Origin: Dictyostelium discoideum | Taxonomy: Eukaryota | Assembly: GCA_000004695.1 (NCBI GenBank) | Contig: CM000151.3 | Location: 2,688,001 to 2,752,000 of the forward strand | DNA: 64,000 nucleotides | Direction of reading: 5' to 3' | Part shown: piece by piece, positions 1-12,366 of the stretch | How positions within the stretch are numbered: the first letter of the stretch is position 1 | How the letters are laid out: every line of letters starts with the position of its first letter | Translations under genes and position numbers: made by a program | The notes under the pieces: generated by a model | Database searches by the model: none | Seen by the model: only the letters and a program-made list of their open reading frames with translations | What the model was told of the DNA's origin: nothing

Positions 1-314
1 TTTTATTTTATTATTTTTATTTTATTATTTTTATTATTTTTATTATTTTTATTATTTTTATGTGCTTTATCAAAAATAAAATAAAATAAAAAAAATAAAT
101 TAAATTAAATTACTTTTATTGTTTCTTTATTTGTTTTTTGTTGTTGTTAAATTTAGCACGATCGAATTTATTCCTGCCAACGTTCAAATAATTTTTTTTT
201 TTTAATTTTTTTTTTTTTTTATTTTTTTTTTTTTTTAAAATTATTTTTTTTATTTTTTTTTTTTTTTTTTTCAACAAAACCCCACAAAATTTTTTTTTTT
301 TTTTGCCATATTAT

Positions 315-349
<35 letters not shown>

Positions 350-820
350 TTAATTTTAAATTTTTTATGTATTGCTGATTTTTTTTTTTTTTTTATTTAT
401 TTCTAATTGTTATCTATTTTTTTTTATTATTTCTGTATAATAGTAAAATATTAAATAATAGTTAAAGAAGAAGAGCATTCATATCACTCTTTTTTTTTTT
501 TTTTTTAATAATAATACCATACAAAAATAATTAAATTATAGATAATAATATAATAATTGTACATATAAATAAATAAATTTTCAAAAAAAATAAAATAAAA
601 TAATATAACAATAATAGTAATATAGTGTAATTTAAACAAATAAGAAAAAAAAAAAAAAAAAAAAAAAAACATCAACACACCTTATTATCATTATTAAATC
701 ACATCAAGTTCAATAATATAACAACATCAAGAAAAGCAAATAACAACAATAAAAGTAATACCAGTGTATATAATATCATCAATAAAGAAACAATAAAATA
801 AAATACATACCAATTAAAAG

Positions 821-1019
821 ATGGATTTAAGAATTGGTGGTAAATATAGAATAAGTAGGAAGATAGGTGGTGGATCATTTGGTGAGATTTATTTAGGAAC
901 CAACATATCAACCAATGAAGAAGTTGCAATTAAATTAGAACCTGCAAAAGCAATTCATCCACAACTTTTATTTGAATCAAAATTATATAAAATATTTCAA
1001 GGTGGAAGTAAGTTATTAT

Positions 1020-1053
<34 letters not shown>

Positions 1054-2431
1054 TTTCAAAAGAAATTATGTTTCTAATATATTTTTTATTTTCTTCCTAT
1101 ATATATATATATATTAATACTAATATTTTTTATTTTTAATTTTTTTTTATAGTTGGTATACCTGCAGTTAAATGGTTTGGATTCGATGGTGACTATAATA
1201 TAATGGTTATGGATTTATTAGGACCAAGTTTAGAAGATCTTTTTAATTATTGTGGTAGAAAGTTTAGTTTAAAAACTGTGTTAATGTTGGGTGATCAAAT
1301 GCTTAGAAGAATAGAGTTCATTCATTCAAACAACTTTATTCACAGAGATATAAAGCCTGATAATTTCTTGATGGGAATTGGAAAACGAGGCCATGTTGTC
1401 AATCTAATTGATTTTGGGTTGGCAAAACGTTATCGTGATCCAAAGACTCATCAACACATTCCATACAGAGAACACAAGAATTTAACTGGTACTGCTCGTT
1501 ACGCTTCGTTGAATACTCATCAAGGTATTGAACAAAGTAGAAGAGACGATTTAGAATCACTTGGTTATGTTCTTATGTATTTCAATAGAGGTAGTTTACC
1601 ATGGCAAGGTTTAAAAGCTTACACTAAAAGAGATAAATACGAAAAAATTTGTGATAAAAAAGCACAAACTAAAATTGATACATTATGTCAAGGTTTCCCA
1701 AGTAAGTTATATTATAAGTTTTTTTTTTTTTTAAAAAATAGAAAATATAATTTAACCTTTTTTTTTCCTCTCTTTTCTTTTTTTTTTTTAGGTGAATTTG
1801 CAACATTTTTAAATTATACAAGATTCTTAAAATTTGAAGATAAACCAGATTTCCTTTATCTTAGAAAGTTATTAAGAGAAATGTTTGTAAGAGAGGGTTA
1901 TAGATACGACTATATGTTTGATTGGGTTATTGTTAGAAAAGTAAGTTTTTAAATTATTTGTATTGTATTAGCTGTATATATATATATTAAATTTACATAT
2001 TAATATTTATATATATATTTTTTTTCTATCTCTAGCTAAGAGAAAAGCCACCTCTTGAAAGACCATTATCAAACGACAACAAACAAATTCAACAACAAAT
2101 TCAACAACAACAACAAGCACAACAACAATTACAACAACAAGCACAACAACAACAACAACAAACTACAACCACCACTACAACATCATCTTCACAACCAAGC
2201 AATGTTAAAAATATTTCAACCGTTTCAAATATAGCTACAACCACTACAGATGAGCAATTCAGACAATTATTATCTACCCCATCTTATAATAATGTAGACT
2301 CTGATCAATCACCACAACAAACTACTACTACTACTTCATCATCTAATCCAAATCAAACTACCTTCTACAGACAGAATAAAGTCGTAGTTCCACAATCTTC
2401 TTCAACCACAACAAAGCCACCAGCAAAGTAG
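821..2431 (+). CDS. Casein kinase I (CK1 alpha/delta-like Ser/Thr protein kinase), 4 exons: 821..1007, 1153..1701, 1792..1940, 2036..2431
   Basis: The translation matches the CK1 kinase domain almost motif-for-motif: GSFGEIYLG...[63 protein letters not shown]. The spliced junctions reconstruct GGIGIPAVKW and CQGFPSEFATF exactly as in metazoan CK1. Donors GTAAGT at 1008, 1702 and 1941; acceptors TATAG, TTTAG and CTAG. There is a Gln/Thr-rich C-terminal tail. Confidence 0.9.
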
Positions 2432-2706
2432 AATTCTTAATTTATACATAATCAAAAAAAAAAAAAAAAAAAGTATTTCTTTTCCTATAATAAATTAAAA
2501 AGTAAAAAAAGAAAAAAAAAAAAAAACAATCAGGTAAAAAAGTAAAACAAATACACAAAAAAAAAAAAAAAACAAAAAAAAAAAAAAAAAAAAAAAACAA
2601 ATAAATAAATAAATAGTAATAAAAAAAAAAAAAACTCTATCTTTTTTATTCTTTTTTTTGAGCTTAAAAAACTCTATCTTTTTTATTCTTTTTTTATATA
2701 TTTTTA

Positions 2707-4470
2707 TTAAGAGTTTAAATAATTATCCCATTCTTGTTTAAATTGTTGATTTGTTAATAATTCAAAACCTTTTGATTTACTAATCCTTAAGTAACGATTA
2801 AATATCCTAATTCTTAAGATTTGACCTTTAATGGGTGGTAAGAAAACTTCAGGTACAGTTGTTCTTATGAACCAAACTAAAACCCAACCCACACAAATGA
2901 AACCAACTATCCAATAATAATTAACCAAATAAGGATAAGCTGAATGATGACCATAGCCATGATTATTAATTAAATCATTATAGATAAATGAGAAAGCAAT
3001 ACCACCACCAACACCAGCTAATGCCCATGCCGATAAAATTAAACCATGAGTGGCTCCAACATTTTTAGAACCAAACATGTCATTTAAAAATGCTGGTATT
3101 ACACCGAATGAGCCACCATAACAAAGTGTGGAAATCCAAATTAGTCCTATGAAAGCTTCATAGTTTAAATCTTTCATTGCTTTTATTAAGAAACCAACTG
3201 AAAAACATTGAATGGTAAGCATTGCTATATAACATTTCTTTCTACCAAATTTATCACTAACAAAACCAAACATTAATCTACCGAATAAATTGAATGCACC
3301 ATTAACTGATACCACCATAGAACCAACAACTTTACTTTTACCAAACATGTTTTGGCACATATCACTTAATCTTCCAATTGCAACCACTCCAAATATGACA
3401 TTACAGAAAAACATTAAATAAATAATTGTATACTCTGATGATGTAATTGCATCAGATAATAAATAATCTGAAAATTTAGGTTCTTTTTTAGTTTTAATAA
3501 TAACATTTTCAGATGATGATCCAATTTCATTTTGTTGTTGATGTTTTTCTGGTAATTTATCATCAGTGGTTGATTGTGATACTGATGATGAAGATATTTC
3601 ATCATTCTTACAAACTTTATTATTAATATTATTTTTATCTATTGATGATGTCGGTGATTCAGTTCCTTCATTAATATTAGATTCTTCATCTGAGTTTTCT
3701 TTTAATCTATTTTGATCAGAATCTTTACCATTAACTTGAAAATTTGGTGGTGGTGTTCTAAAAATAAATGAAATTGAAAATAATATACCGAAAAATAATG
3801 ACCCCAACACTACGAAATTTAATGCAAGACCAACCCTTGCAATTATTTTTATTGGTATTGAACCAAAAGCAATTGAGCCAGCACCAAATCCACATACAGC
3901 CAAACCCGCTGCTAAACCTCTATGATCCGGAAACCATTTTTGTAATGTTGAAACAGGACCAATGTAACAAATACCCATACCCGAACCACCAAATGCCCCA
4001 TAACCAATATAAACTAGCCAAATTACTTTTGTGTAAATTCCAAGAGCAGTTAAAAAATGACCAGCAACGAATAATGTAGAACCAATATACATTGATTTCA
4101 TAGGACCAATTCTATCCAAAACCGGACCCAATATTGAACAAGCACTACCAAAGAAAAAGAATGCAACATAAAATGTGTAGGGTGCCATTCCTTTATTTTC
4201 ATCACCAAAAATTGCTCCATCCACTGGTTTATTATAAATACTCCATGCATATAATGAACCTACAGTAAATTGTGATAAAATTGCAATTGGAAATAAAATC
4301 CATCTATTAAATTTAACTCTTTTTCCTAATAAATATTTTTCATTTTCAATTTGTTGTTCTGTTTTTTTTTGTGGATTGTTTTTATAATGATTAACAATAA
4401 TTTTTATTATTGGATTGATTTTTTTATTTTTATTATTTTCAGAAGTGTGGTTTTCATCAATTTCATTCAT
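2707..4470 (-). CDS. Major facilitator superfamily transporter (oxalate:formate antiporter / monocarboxylate-transporter-like), single exon, 587 aa
   Basis: Uninterrupted 587-aa ORF with about 12 hydrophobic helices in two groups of 6. The groups are separated by a hydrophilic Ser/Asn/Gln-rich loop. Gly-rich MFS-type motifs are present (GxxxDRxGxK-like 'LDRIGPMKS', 'GGSGMGICY'). The N-terminus is N/K-rich and low-complexity. Confidence 0.8.
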   Translation of the reverse strand: MNEIDENHTSENNKNKKINPIIKIIVNHYKNNPQKKTEQQIENEKYLLGKRVKFNRWILFPIAILSQFTVGSLYAWSIYNKPVDGAIFGDENKGMAPYTFYVAFFFFGSACSILGPVLDRIGPMKSMYIGSTLFVAGHFLTALGIYTKVIWLVYIGYGAFGGSGMGICYIGPVSTLQKWFPDHRGLAAGLAVCGFGAGSIAFGSIPIKIIARVGLALNFVVLGSLFFGILFSISFIFRTPPPNFQVNGKDSDQNRLKENSDEESNINEGTESPTSSIDKNNINNKVCKNDEISSSSVSQSTTDDKLPEKHQQQNEIGSSSENVIIKTKKEPKFSDYLLSDAITSSEYTIIYLMFFCNVIFGVVAIGRLSDMCQNMFGKSKVVGSMVVSVNGAFNLFGRLMFGFVSDKFGRKKCYIAMLTIQCFSVGFLIKAMKDLNYEAFIGLIWISTLCYGGSFGVIPAFLNDMFGSKNVGATHGLILSAWALAGVGGGIAFSFIYNDLINNHGYGHHSAYPYLVNYYWIVGFICVGWVLVWFIRTTVPEVFLPPIKGQILRIRIFNRYLRISKSKGFELLTNQQFKQEWDNYLNS

Positions 4471-4596
4471 CTCTTTTTTATTATATCTTTTGATTACAAA
4501 TAAAGCAATATTTAAAAAATAATGTTAAATTTATAATTTTTTAAAATAAAGAAGAAATTAAATTTTATTATATTAATTAATTATATTAATGTAAAG

Positions 4597-4633
<37 letters not shown>

Positions 4634-5103
4634 AACACTAATTGTTATTTTTTTTTAAAATATTAAAATAAACAATTTATAAAAATATCACCACACACCT
4701 TCTTTGTGTGTTTGTTTTTTTTAAAATTCTTTTTTATTATAAATTAACACACAAAAACTCTGTATGTAAAATTGATTATCCACTTTTTTATTGTCATAAA
4801 AGTACTGATAATAACAATTTATTATTCATAATTTCTTTTACTTTAAATAAATTAATTCCTAATTATTGGAGTTTTAAAAAATTATTATAAAATAAATTTT
4901 AACCAAAAATGTAAATATTAAACTTAATAATTAATAATAAAAAAATTTAATTATAAACCAAAATAAAAATAAAATTTTTTATTTTTTTTCAATACAATTT
5001 AATAACAAAATTAAATCTATTCTTCATATGTTTAAAAAATAAAATTTTAATAGGGATTTATTTTTAAAATATTAAATATTAAATATTATAATTATTTATT
5101 TCT

Positions 5104-6755
5104 TTATAAAATCAAAGATAATAGTACAAAAAATGTAAATGAAACATAAGTAATTGAGACAATTGATGAGCTTGAATCTGAGTCTGAATCTTCATGTTGA
5201 TGTTTTGATTCACTTCCTAAATTATCAACAGGGAGTTGTGTAGAAGATTCAGAGGTTGATGTCGAAGATTCTTGTGAATTGGTTTCAATTGATGAACTTT
5301 CTGTTGGATTTTTAGTTTCAATTGGAGTCCCAATATCTCCAGAGCTTTCATCAGATGAAGTCGAGATAATTGGAATATCTTCTGAATTTTGATTTTTGCT
5401 TGAGGAATCAGTTGCTGGGTTATCACTAGATAATTGAGTGTTACTTCCAGATGTATCTGATGGAGTTTCAGAGGTTTCATCAGATGATCTTGGATTAGAA
5501 GTATCCAACGAATCAGATGGGATACTGGTTTCTGATGAAGCTTCAGAAGGAGTTGGGGTAGAGGTCTCAGTTGGAGTTACTGTTTCAGAAGGATTTGGGG
5601 TAACAGTCTCGGTTGGGGTTGTACTCTCGGATGGGGTTGGAGTAATAGTATCGGTTGGAGTTACTGTTTCAGTTGGGGTTGGAGTTACTGTTTCAGTTGG
5701 GGTCGGAGTGGCAGTTTCGGTAGGAGTTACTGATTCAGTGGGAGTTGGGGTTGTAGTCACTGTAGGAGTTGGGGTTACTGTTTCGGTTGGTGTTGGAGTG
5801 GCAGTCTCGGTAGGAGTTGGAGTTTCTGTTTCAGTTGGAGTTGGAGTGGCAGTCACTGTAGGAGTTGGAGTTACTGTTTCACTAGGAGTTGGAGTTGCAC
5901 TCTCAGTAGGAGTTGGAGTAACAGTCTCAGTTGGTGCCGGAGTAGTAGTCACAGTAGGAGTTGGAGTTACTGTTTCGGTGGGAGTTGGAGTTGCACTCTC
6001 AGTAGGGGTTGGAGTAACAGTCTCAGTAGGAGTTGGAGTAACAGTTTCGGTTGGTGTTGGAGTAGTAGTCATTGTGGGTGTTGGAGTTACTGTCTCAGTG
6101 GGAGTTGGGGTAGCACTCACAGTTGGAGTTGGGGTAACAGTTTCAGTTGGAGTTGTTGTTGGTGTTACGGATGCACCTAGAACCCATCCAGAACATGAAG
6201 ATGATTTAGAAACTTGTAAAAAACCTGTTTCAGGATATCTATAAGTTTTTGAACCAGTGGTTTTTACTTCGTAGTAATATGCTTGGCAAGCGACATAAGT
6301 GGAAGTTGTAATATAAGCACCAGAGCTTGCAGTTCCATAAGTTCTTGATAAAACTTTTGAGGTTCCGTCACCAAATACCAATGACATAGTTGAAACACTA
6401 TCGGTAGTACTATAAAATAAAACAATGAATTGTGGATTACTTGTTACCCAAGTATGAAAGCCAGAATAAATTGGATTTGTTGGTGAATTACAATTACCTT
6501 CATTGAAATCTTGGGTCCAATATTGAGTATAATCAGATCCAGATTTAGAATAGTAACCAACACCTAATGTTTTATAATCACTAGACATAATGGAAGAACG
6601 ATGTCCATCGCTACTTGATTTATCATTAGCACATTTACCACCAGTTTCATCACATACCAACATTTTAATAGCTTCAAGAGCATCTGTACCAGCTGCAATA
6701 TTTTCTGACATTGCACCATTTGAGCCTTTACATGTAATAAATTGATTAAAACGTC

Positions 6756-6798
<43 letters not shown>

Positions 6799-7175
6799 TT
6801 AAAATAATAATTTAAAAATTTTAAAAAAAATAAAATTATTACATACGTCCAAATATTAGTTCCATCACATGAATTATGTTGAAAACAGTTATTATTTCCC
6901 ATATCTTGACTATGTGATAAAGCAAGTCTATTTAATGTATTATCATAATACAAAGGAGGAACTGGTGGATAGTTAACAAGCATTCCATTTAGATTTGAAT
7001 ATGTACTCATATAATCTGCCTTCCACTGAGTAGGAAACATTCTAATTAAATTAACTAAATTGAATTGTTCTCTTTCTTGATAACTTGGCAATCCAGAAGA
7101 ATCAGATTCACCATAACTATTCACATTTTTGGTGAATGTAAAAAATAAAACTATAAGTGATAATAATAATTTCAT
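5104..7175 (-). CDS. Secreted, probably GPI-anchored Thr/Pro-rich (mucin-like) repeat glycoprotein with a Cys-containing N-terminal domain (possibly CAP/PR-1-like); 2 exons: 7175..6847 and 6754..5104
   Basis: N-terminal signal peptide MKLLLSLIVLFFTFTKNVNS. Intron donor GTATGT (minus strand, at 6846) and acceptor TAATAG (6756/6755) keep the frame (..NIWT|RFNQFITCKGSNGAMSENIAAG..). There are about 17 copies of a 12-aa unit TPTPTETVTPTP/TETATPTPTETV. A Ser-rich region follows, then a C-terminal hydrophobic tail (SIVSITYVSFTFFVLLSLIL) typical of a GPI signal. The CAP-like assignment rests on weak GENI-like and GH..S-like motifs and is uncertain. Confidence 0.7.
5560..6180 (-). repeat. Coding tandem repeat (about 36-bp unit, about 17 copies) encoding TPTPTETVTPTP
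   Basis: The periodicity 'ggagttggagttactgtttcggtgggagtt...' is visible directly. On the opposite strand it gives a GV-rich antisense ORF artefact (5438..6244). Confidence 0.8.
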
Positions 7176-7310
7176 TTTATAATAGATTTTTTAAATTTAT
7201 TTTTATAAATATTATAATATATTTGGTTTAATTTAGTTAATGTAGAATAATTAATTTCTTTCAGTTTTGTTTTTTTTTATTATTTTTTTTTCCAAAAAAA
7301 AATATAATTG

Positions 7311-7343
<33 letters not shown>

Positions 7344-7627
7344 GAAATAAATAATTTTTAATATATATATATATTGATACTAAATTGTAAATGAAAAAAA
7401 GTGAATAAAAAAAAAATTGTTTAGTTCAAATACCTTTTTTTTTTAATTTTAATTATTTTATTTTTAATTTTTTTTTATTTTTTTTATTTTTTTTATTTTT
7501 TTTATTTTTTTATTTTTTATTTTTTAGATTTATAAAAAAAACATTATTTTTAATTAAAAAAAACATTGTTTTTAATTTCTAAATTTAACGGATTATTTTT
7601 CAAATAAGATTTGTCCGTTTTTTATTA

Positions 7628-7661
<34 letters not shown>

Positions 7662-8095
7662 AAATGCAAGTTGAGTTTTAAAAAGTCATAAAATGGAAAT
7701 TAAAAAAGATTCTTTTGGAAATTTTTTAAAGATTGGAAGAAATTGTAAAAATCATTTTCAATTTACAATATCAAACCAATTAATTCATTGAAAAAAAATT
7801 TTTTTTTTCAAATAATGTTTTATCCTGTATCCCTATGTTTTTTTTATTATTTTAAAAATAAAAAAAAAAAAAAATTAAATTTTTAATTAATAAATTAATA
7901 ATTAAAAAAAAAATCCATAACAAAAACAAAATAATTCTCTTGAAAAAATGTTTAAAATTAGATTGAATTTAATAAAAAATAAAAAAAAAAAAATAAAAAT
8001 ACCAAGTTTAAACAAAAATAAAAATAAAATAAAATTCCACTTTTTTTTTTTTTTTTTTTTGGTTATTTATTTTTTTTTTTTTTGATTTTAAAATT

Positions 8096-9063
8096 TTATT
8101 TCATTAATTCTAATTTATTATATTTACAATTATTTTTATTTGAACATTGTTGATCTAAAATTAAACTATTTGAAATGATTTTATTATAATCTTCAAAAGT
8201 GACATTGAATGGTTTGTTAACTGGGAATCCATCTTCAACAGATGATTGGACGGCTGTAATTGATCTTTTATCAGACCAACCACATGATGATGAACCAAAG
8301 AGATCTTGACAAATTTGTGATGATGCATCAATAATTGCCATACCTGCTTCTTCTTCAACACTAATATTTGGACCAGCATCAATAGTAATTGCTTTAACAC
8401 AAACACCATAGAAACTAAATTTTTTTTTTTTTTTTTTTATATTTTTTTTCCAAAATTTTAATTTTAATATTAATATTTTTTAAAAATGTTTAAAATGAAA
8501 ATAGTTTAAATCTTACCCTCCAGTTTCCATAGTTGAGCCACTACCGCTTCCACTTGAACCACCACTTCCACTTGAACTGCCACTACCACTTCCACTTGAA
8601 CTACCACTTGAAGAACTACCTGATGTACCACTTCCACTTCCACTTCCACTACCACTACCACTACCACTTCCACTTCCACTTCCGCTTGAAGTTGAGGTAC
8701 CTGCAGAACCTGTTCCACCAGTTGTTGTTGAACCACCACTTGTTGAACAAATTGTTAATGTTACACCACAACCAAAACGTTGACTATCTGCAGTCTATTA
8801 TTTATGTTGTAAGTACAATAATTACTTTATCAAAAAATAAAAAACAAAAATAAAAATAAATGCTTTCTATACTTTACAAAGTAAGTTTGGGCTGAACATG
8901 GAGTTCCACAGGCAGTAGATTCATCACAAAAAGTAGTAAGATAATATTCATTATTGCTTGGAATAGAGCAACACATATTACCATAGCATGGGTTACTACA
9001 ACTATATTGACCACTAACGGTTAAAACAAAAATAAGTAAAATCAAAGTTACCAAGAGTCTCAT
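8096..9063 (-). CDS. Small secreted Cys-rich protein with an internal Gly/Ser/Thr linker; 3 exons: 9063..8878, 8794..8517, 8414..8096
   Basis: Signal peptide MRLLVTLILLIFVLTVSGQ followed by a Cys-rich module (CSNPCYGNMCCS..CDESTACGTPC). Exon 2 encodes TADSQRFGCGVTLTICSTSGG plus a long (SG)n/(GS)n tract. Exon 3 encodes ..FYGVCVKAITIDAGPNISVEEEAGMAIIDASSQICQDLFGSSSCGWSD.. Splice donors GTAAAG (atypical) and GTAAGA; acceptors AATAG and TTTAG; phases are consistent. The domain family is not identified. Confidence 0.5.
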
Positions 9064-9139
9064 TTTTATTTGTTAAAAAATAAAGTAAAATAAAGTAAAA
9101 TAAAATTAAATAAAAAAAAAAAAAAAAAAAAAAAAGTTG

Positions 9140-9235
9140 GTTTTAAAATAAAATAAAATAAAATAAAATAAATAAAATAAAATAAAATAAAATAAAATAA
9201 AATAAAATAAAATAAAATAAAATAAAATAAAATCA
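9140..9235. repeat. (TAAAA)n / (AAAAT)n microsatellite
   Basis: Direct reading: 'aaaataaaataaaataaaat...' for about 95 bp. Confidence 0.85.
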
Positions 9236-10233
9236 AAAAAAAAAAATCATTTTCTTTTTTTTTTTCATTTTCCCAAACGAAAACCCATTTTTTTTTTAAC
9301 CAAAATATCTTAAAACTATTTTTATTTTTATTTTTTTCCACACTTTTCACAATTATTTTTCTATTTTTGTTGGGACACACAATAATCATTTTACAAATTA
9401 TATTTTTATCATTAAAAAAAAAAAAAAAAAAATCATTTAAATACAAATAAATTACAAAAACTTTTGAAATAATTTATCTTTTTTTTTTTTATGTATTATT
9501 TGGAAATAATTTTGATGATTTGAAAAGATATTAAAATAATAAAAAAAAAAAAAAAAAAAAATTGGAGAAAGATATAAATTCCAAATAATAAAAAGTTTTA
9601 TAAAAAATTTTATTTGTTATTTTTAAAAAAAAAATTTAGTAATCCTGGATGTTCATTTTTATTTTTATTTTTTTTATTTTTTATTTTTTTATTTTTTTTA
9701 ATCCAATTCTCAAAATAAAGAGACCACCAACCACGTTTATTTTTATAATAAAAAAAAATATATATGTTAGAAAAATAATAAAAAAAAATAATAATAAAAA
9801 TAATAAAAACTGTGATTACCTTTACTTCATTCAATGAATTTTTTTTTGAAAAGCAATAATTATTTGTTAATGGTGTTTAAATTTCATTTCAAATTTGTTG
9901 TGAAATCTTTGAAAATTCTGTTTGAAAAAAAAAAAATAAAAAAAAAAATAAAAAAAAAATAAAAAATTAAAAAAAAAAAATTGCATTTAAATTTTTTTTT
10001 TTTTTTTATAAAAATTATATATTAAATCGTTTTTTCTTTTTGCGTCATACTATTAATTAATAGTATAAATTATTTATTCTTAATAAATAAATAAATAAAA
10101 TTTTATTTATTGTAACATCAATTAGCAACAACAACAACAATAATAGTAATAATAATAATAATAATAATAGTAATAATAAAATAATAATAAAAATAATAAA
10201 ATAATAAAAAAAAATAATAAAATAATAAAAAAA

Positions 10234-11664
10234 ATGGTTTTAATAAATAGAGTTAATATACAACCAGAAGAACTACCATTATTATATCATGTTAATTCAA
10301 TGGATGTTTATAATTTATTACAAGATATAGGATCTAGTAAGATTATAATCGATTTAAGAACTAAAGAACAATATGAAAAGAATCATATTAGAACATCTGT
10401 CAATATACCACCACCACCATCAACAACACCACTCTATGAAAATGGTGAAATTAAAGAATTCAATCTTAGTAAATATATTGGGTCCAATGTGACTGCAAAG
10501 CATTGGAATTTAATATTTCAAAAACTTATAGTATACAGCGACAAACCATTCCTTTATAATATTGATGAATTGGAGAAAACCATATCAACAACAACAATTA
10601 CTACTACTGCTACTACTACTACTACTACTACAACAACCTCAAATAGTATTGGTAGTGATCAAGATATAATCAAATCTTTAAAGGTATCGGATTGGGATAA
10701 AGTAGTACTTAGACATTTCCTATTAAAAAAAAAGAAAACTAAAGTTATAATTTATCAAGGTGGTTTTGATCAATTTCAAAAAGATTATTCATTCATGTGT
10801 AATCCTTCTTCTTCTCCTTCTTCAAGTAGTGGCGGTGGTGGTGGATCACAATTATATCCATCAGAAATTATTAAAGATTTTTTATATTTAGGTGGTGCTG
10901 AGAATGCAGGTAATAGACAACAATTGATAAATTTAAAGATAACTCATTTAGTTAATATGGCAGGTGAATTGGATGATGTTTATCCTCACCTTTATAAATA
11001 TTATAGAGCAAACTTGGACGACAGACCAAAAGCAAACATTTACGAACACTTTGAACCAGTTATTCAATTCATTAATGATTGTAAGAAACAAGGTGGTAGA
11101 GTTTTAATACACTGCGCAATGGGTATTAGTAGATCAACAACTGTGGTATTAGCATACTTAATGAAAGAAGATCATATGACCTATTCAGATGCTTTCACTT
11201 TTTGTAAACAAAAGAGATCTTGTATTAATCCAAATTTCGGTTTCGTTAAACAATTAAAAGATTATCAACAACACTTAACTTTAGAATGGGAAAAACAAGA
11301 AAAACTTAAAAAACAACAACAACAAACTTTAAATATTAATAATAATAATACTGGAATCCCATTATCAAAGAAATTACAATTAGATGTATCTGATCCACTT
11401 TCAAATTCTTCACCTTCATCACCTTTAATCTCTTCAACTTTACCTATACCTGAAACTCCACCTGCTATTATTTTAAAAAATGAAGTTGCTTCACCATGCC
11501 CAATTAAAACAACAACATCATCAACAACAATTAACAATAAGGGACAACAACAAGATAAAGCTCAAGAAGAAAAAGATTCAATATTTAGTTATGCTGATAA
11601 ACAAGAGAAAATGACACATCCAACTTTACATTCACCAATTGAATTACCTCAATCCTCACTGTAA
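10234..11664 (+). CDS. Dual-specificity protein phosphatase with an N-terminal rhodanese domain (MAP-kinase-phosphatase-like), 476 aa, single exon
   Basis: Rhodanese-like N-terminus (KIIIDLRTKEQYEKNHIRTSVNIP ... VIIYQGG). DSP catalytic core with the signature VLIHCAMGISRSTTVVLAYLM (HCxxGxxRS) and an upstream DDRP-like region. The C-terminal Ser/Thr/Pro-rich tail is low-complexity. Confidence 0.85.
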   Translation: MVLINRVNIQPEELPLLYHVNSMDVYNLLQDIGSSKIIIDLRTKEQYEKNHIRTSVNIPPPPSTTPLYENGEIKEFNLSKYIGSNVTAKHWNLIFQKLIVYSDKPFLYNIDELEKTISTTTITTTATTTTTTTTTSNSIGSDQDIIKSLKVSDWDKVVLRHFLLKKKKTKVIIYQGGFDQFQKDYSFMCNPSSSPSSSSGGGGGSQLYPSEIIKDFLYLGGAENAGNRQQLINLKITHLVNMAGELDDVYPHLYKYYRANLDDRPKANIYEHFEPVIQFINDCKKQGGRVLIHCAMGISRSTTVVLAYLMKEDHMTYSDAFTFCKQKRSCINPNFGFVKQLKDYQQHLTLEWEKQEKLKKQQQQTLNINNNNTGIPLSKKLQLDVSDPLSNSSPSSPLISSTLPIPETPPAIILKNEVASPCPIKTTTSSTTINNKGQQQDKAQEEKDSIFSYADKQEKMTHPTLHSPIELPQSSL

Positions 11665-11842
11665 TAATAAAATATATTTAAAAACTTATATACACACCAA
11701 AATTTAAATTTTTCCCTCCTTTTTTTTTTGTAATTTTTTAGATTCGTGGGTTTTAAATTGAATTTTTTATTTTTTTCATTTTTTTATTTTTTATTTTTTT
11801 TTAGGTTTGGTTTTATCAACTATTCAAAACAAATATAATAAA

Positions 11843-11920
11843 ATGCAAGCTGCAGTAGCATCTAAAACAAATATTTCATTAAAAGGTTCAACAGAGATTG
11901 TAACTGAATTTTTTTGTAAG

Positions 11921-11965
<45 letters not shown>

Positions 11966-12327
11966 ATACTAATTAAAAAAAAAATATAAATTTATAAATA
12001 TATAAATAGCATATAGTATAAATACAATTCTATTTCAAAGAGGATTATATCCACCAGAATCATTTACAAGAGTTGCAAAATATGGATTACCAATATTGGT
12101 AACTAATGATCAATCATTAAAAGATTATTTAGATAATGTATTAAAACAATTATCAGAATGGTTATTAAGTGGTGATGTTCAAAAATTGGTTTTAGTAATC
12201 ACTGATATCGTTACAAAAGAGGTTTTAGAAAGATGGGTATTCGATGTTACAACTGATATTCCAAAAGAAGGAGAGTATGGTTATTCTTTTTTTTTTTTTT
12301 TAATATTTATAAATATAAAATAATAAT

Positions 12328-12366
<39 letters not shown>

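Noticed and set aside
5438-6244. 268-aa plus-strand ORF rich in Gly/Val (GVGVTVSVGV...)
   Set aside because: It is the antisense reading of the TPTPTETV coding repeat of the minus-strand gene 5104..7175. It is repeat-driven, has no start context and no independent support.
8506-8853. ORFs 8506..8739(-) and 8533..8853(+), rich in His, Val and Glu
   Set aside because: These are alternative-frame or antisense readings of the (SG)n-encoding 'ccacttccacttgaa' repeat in exon 2 of gene 8096..9063.
9066-9837. Short F/K/I-rich ORFs (9066..9446, 9610..9834, 9649..9837)
   Set aside because: They lie entirely in poly(A)/poly(T) and (TAAAA)n intergenic sequence. Their low complexity carries no coding signal.
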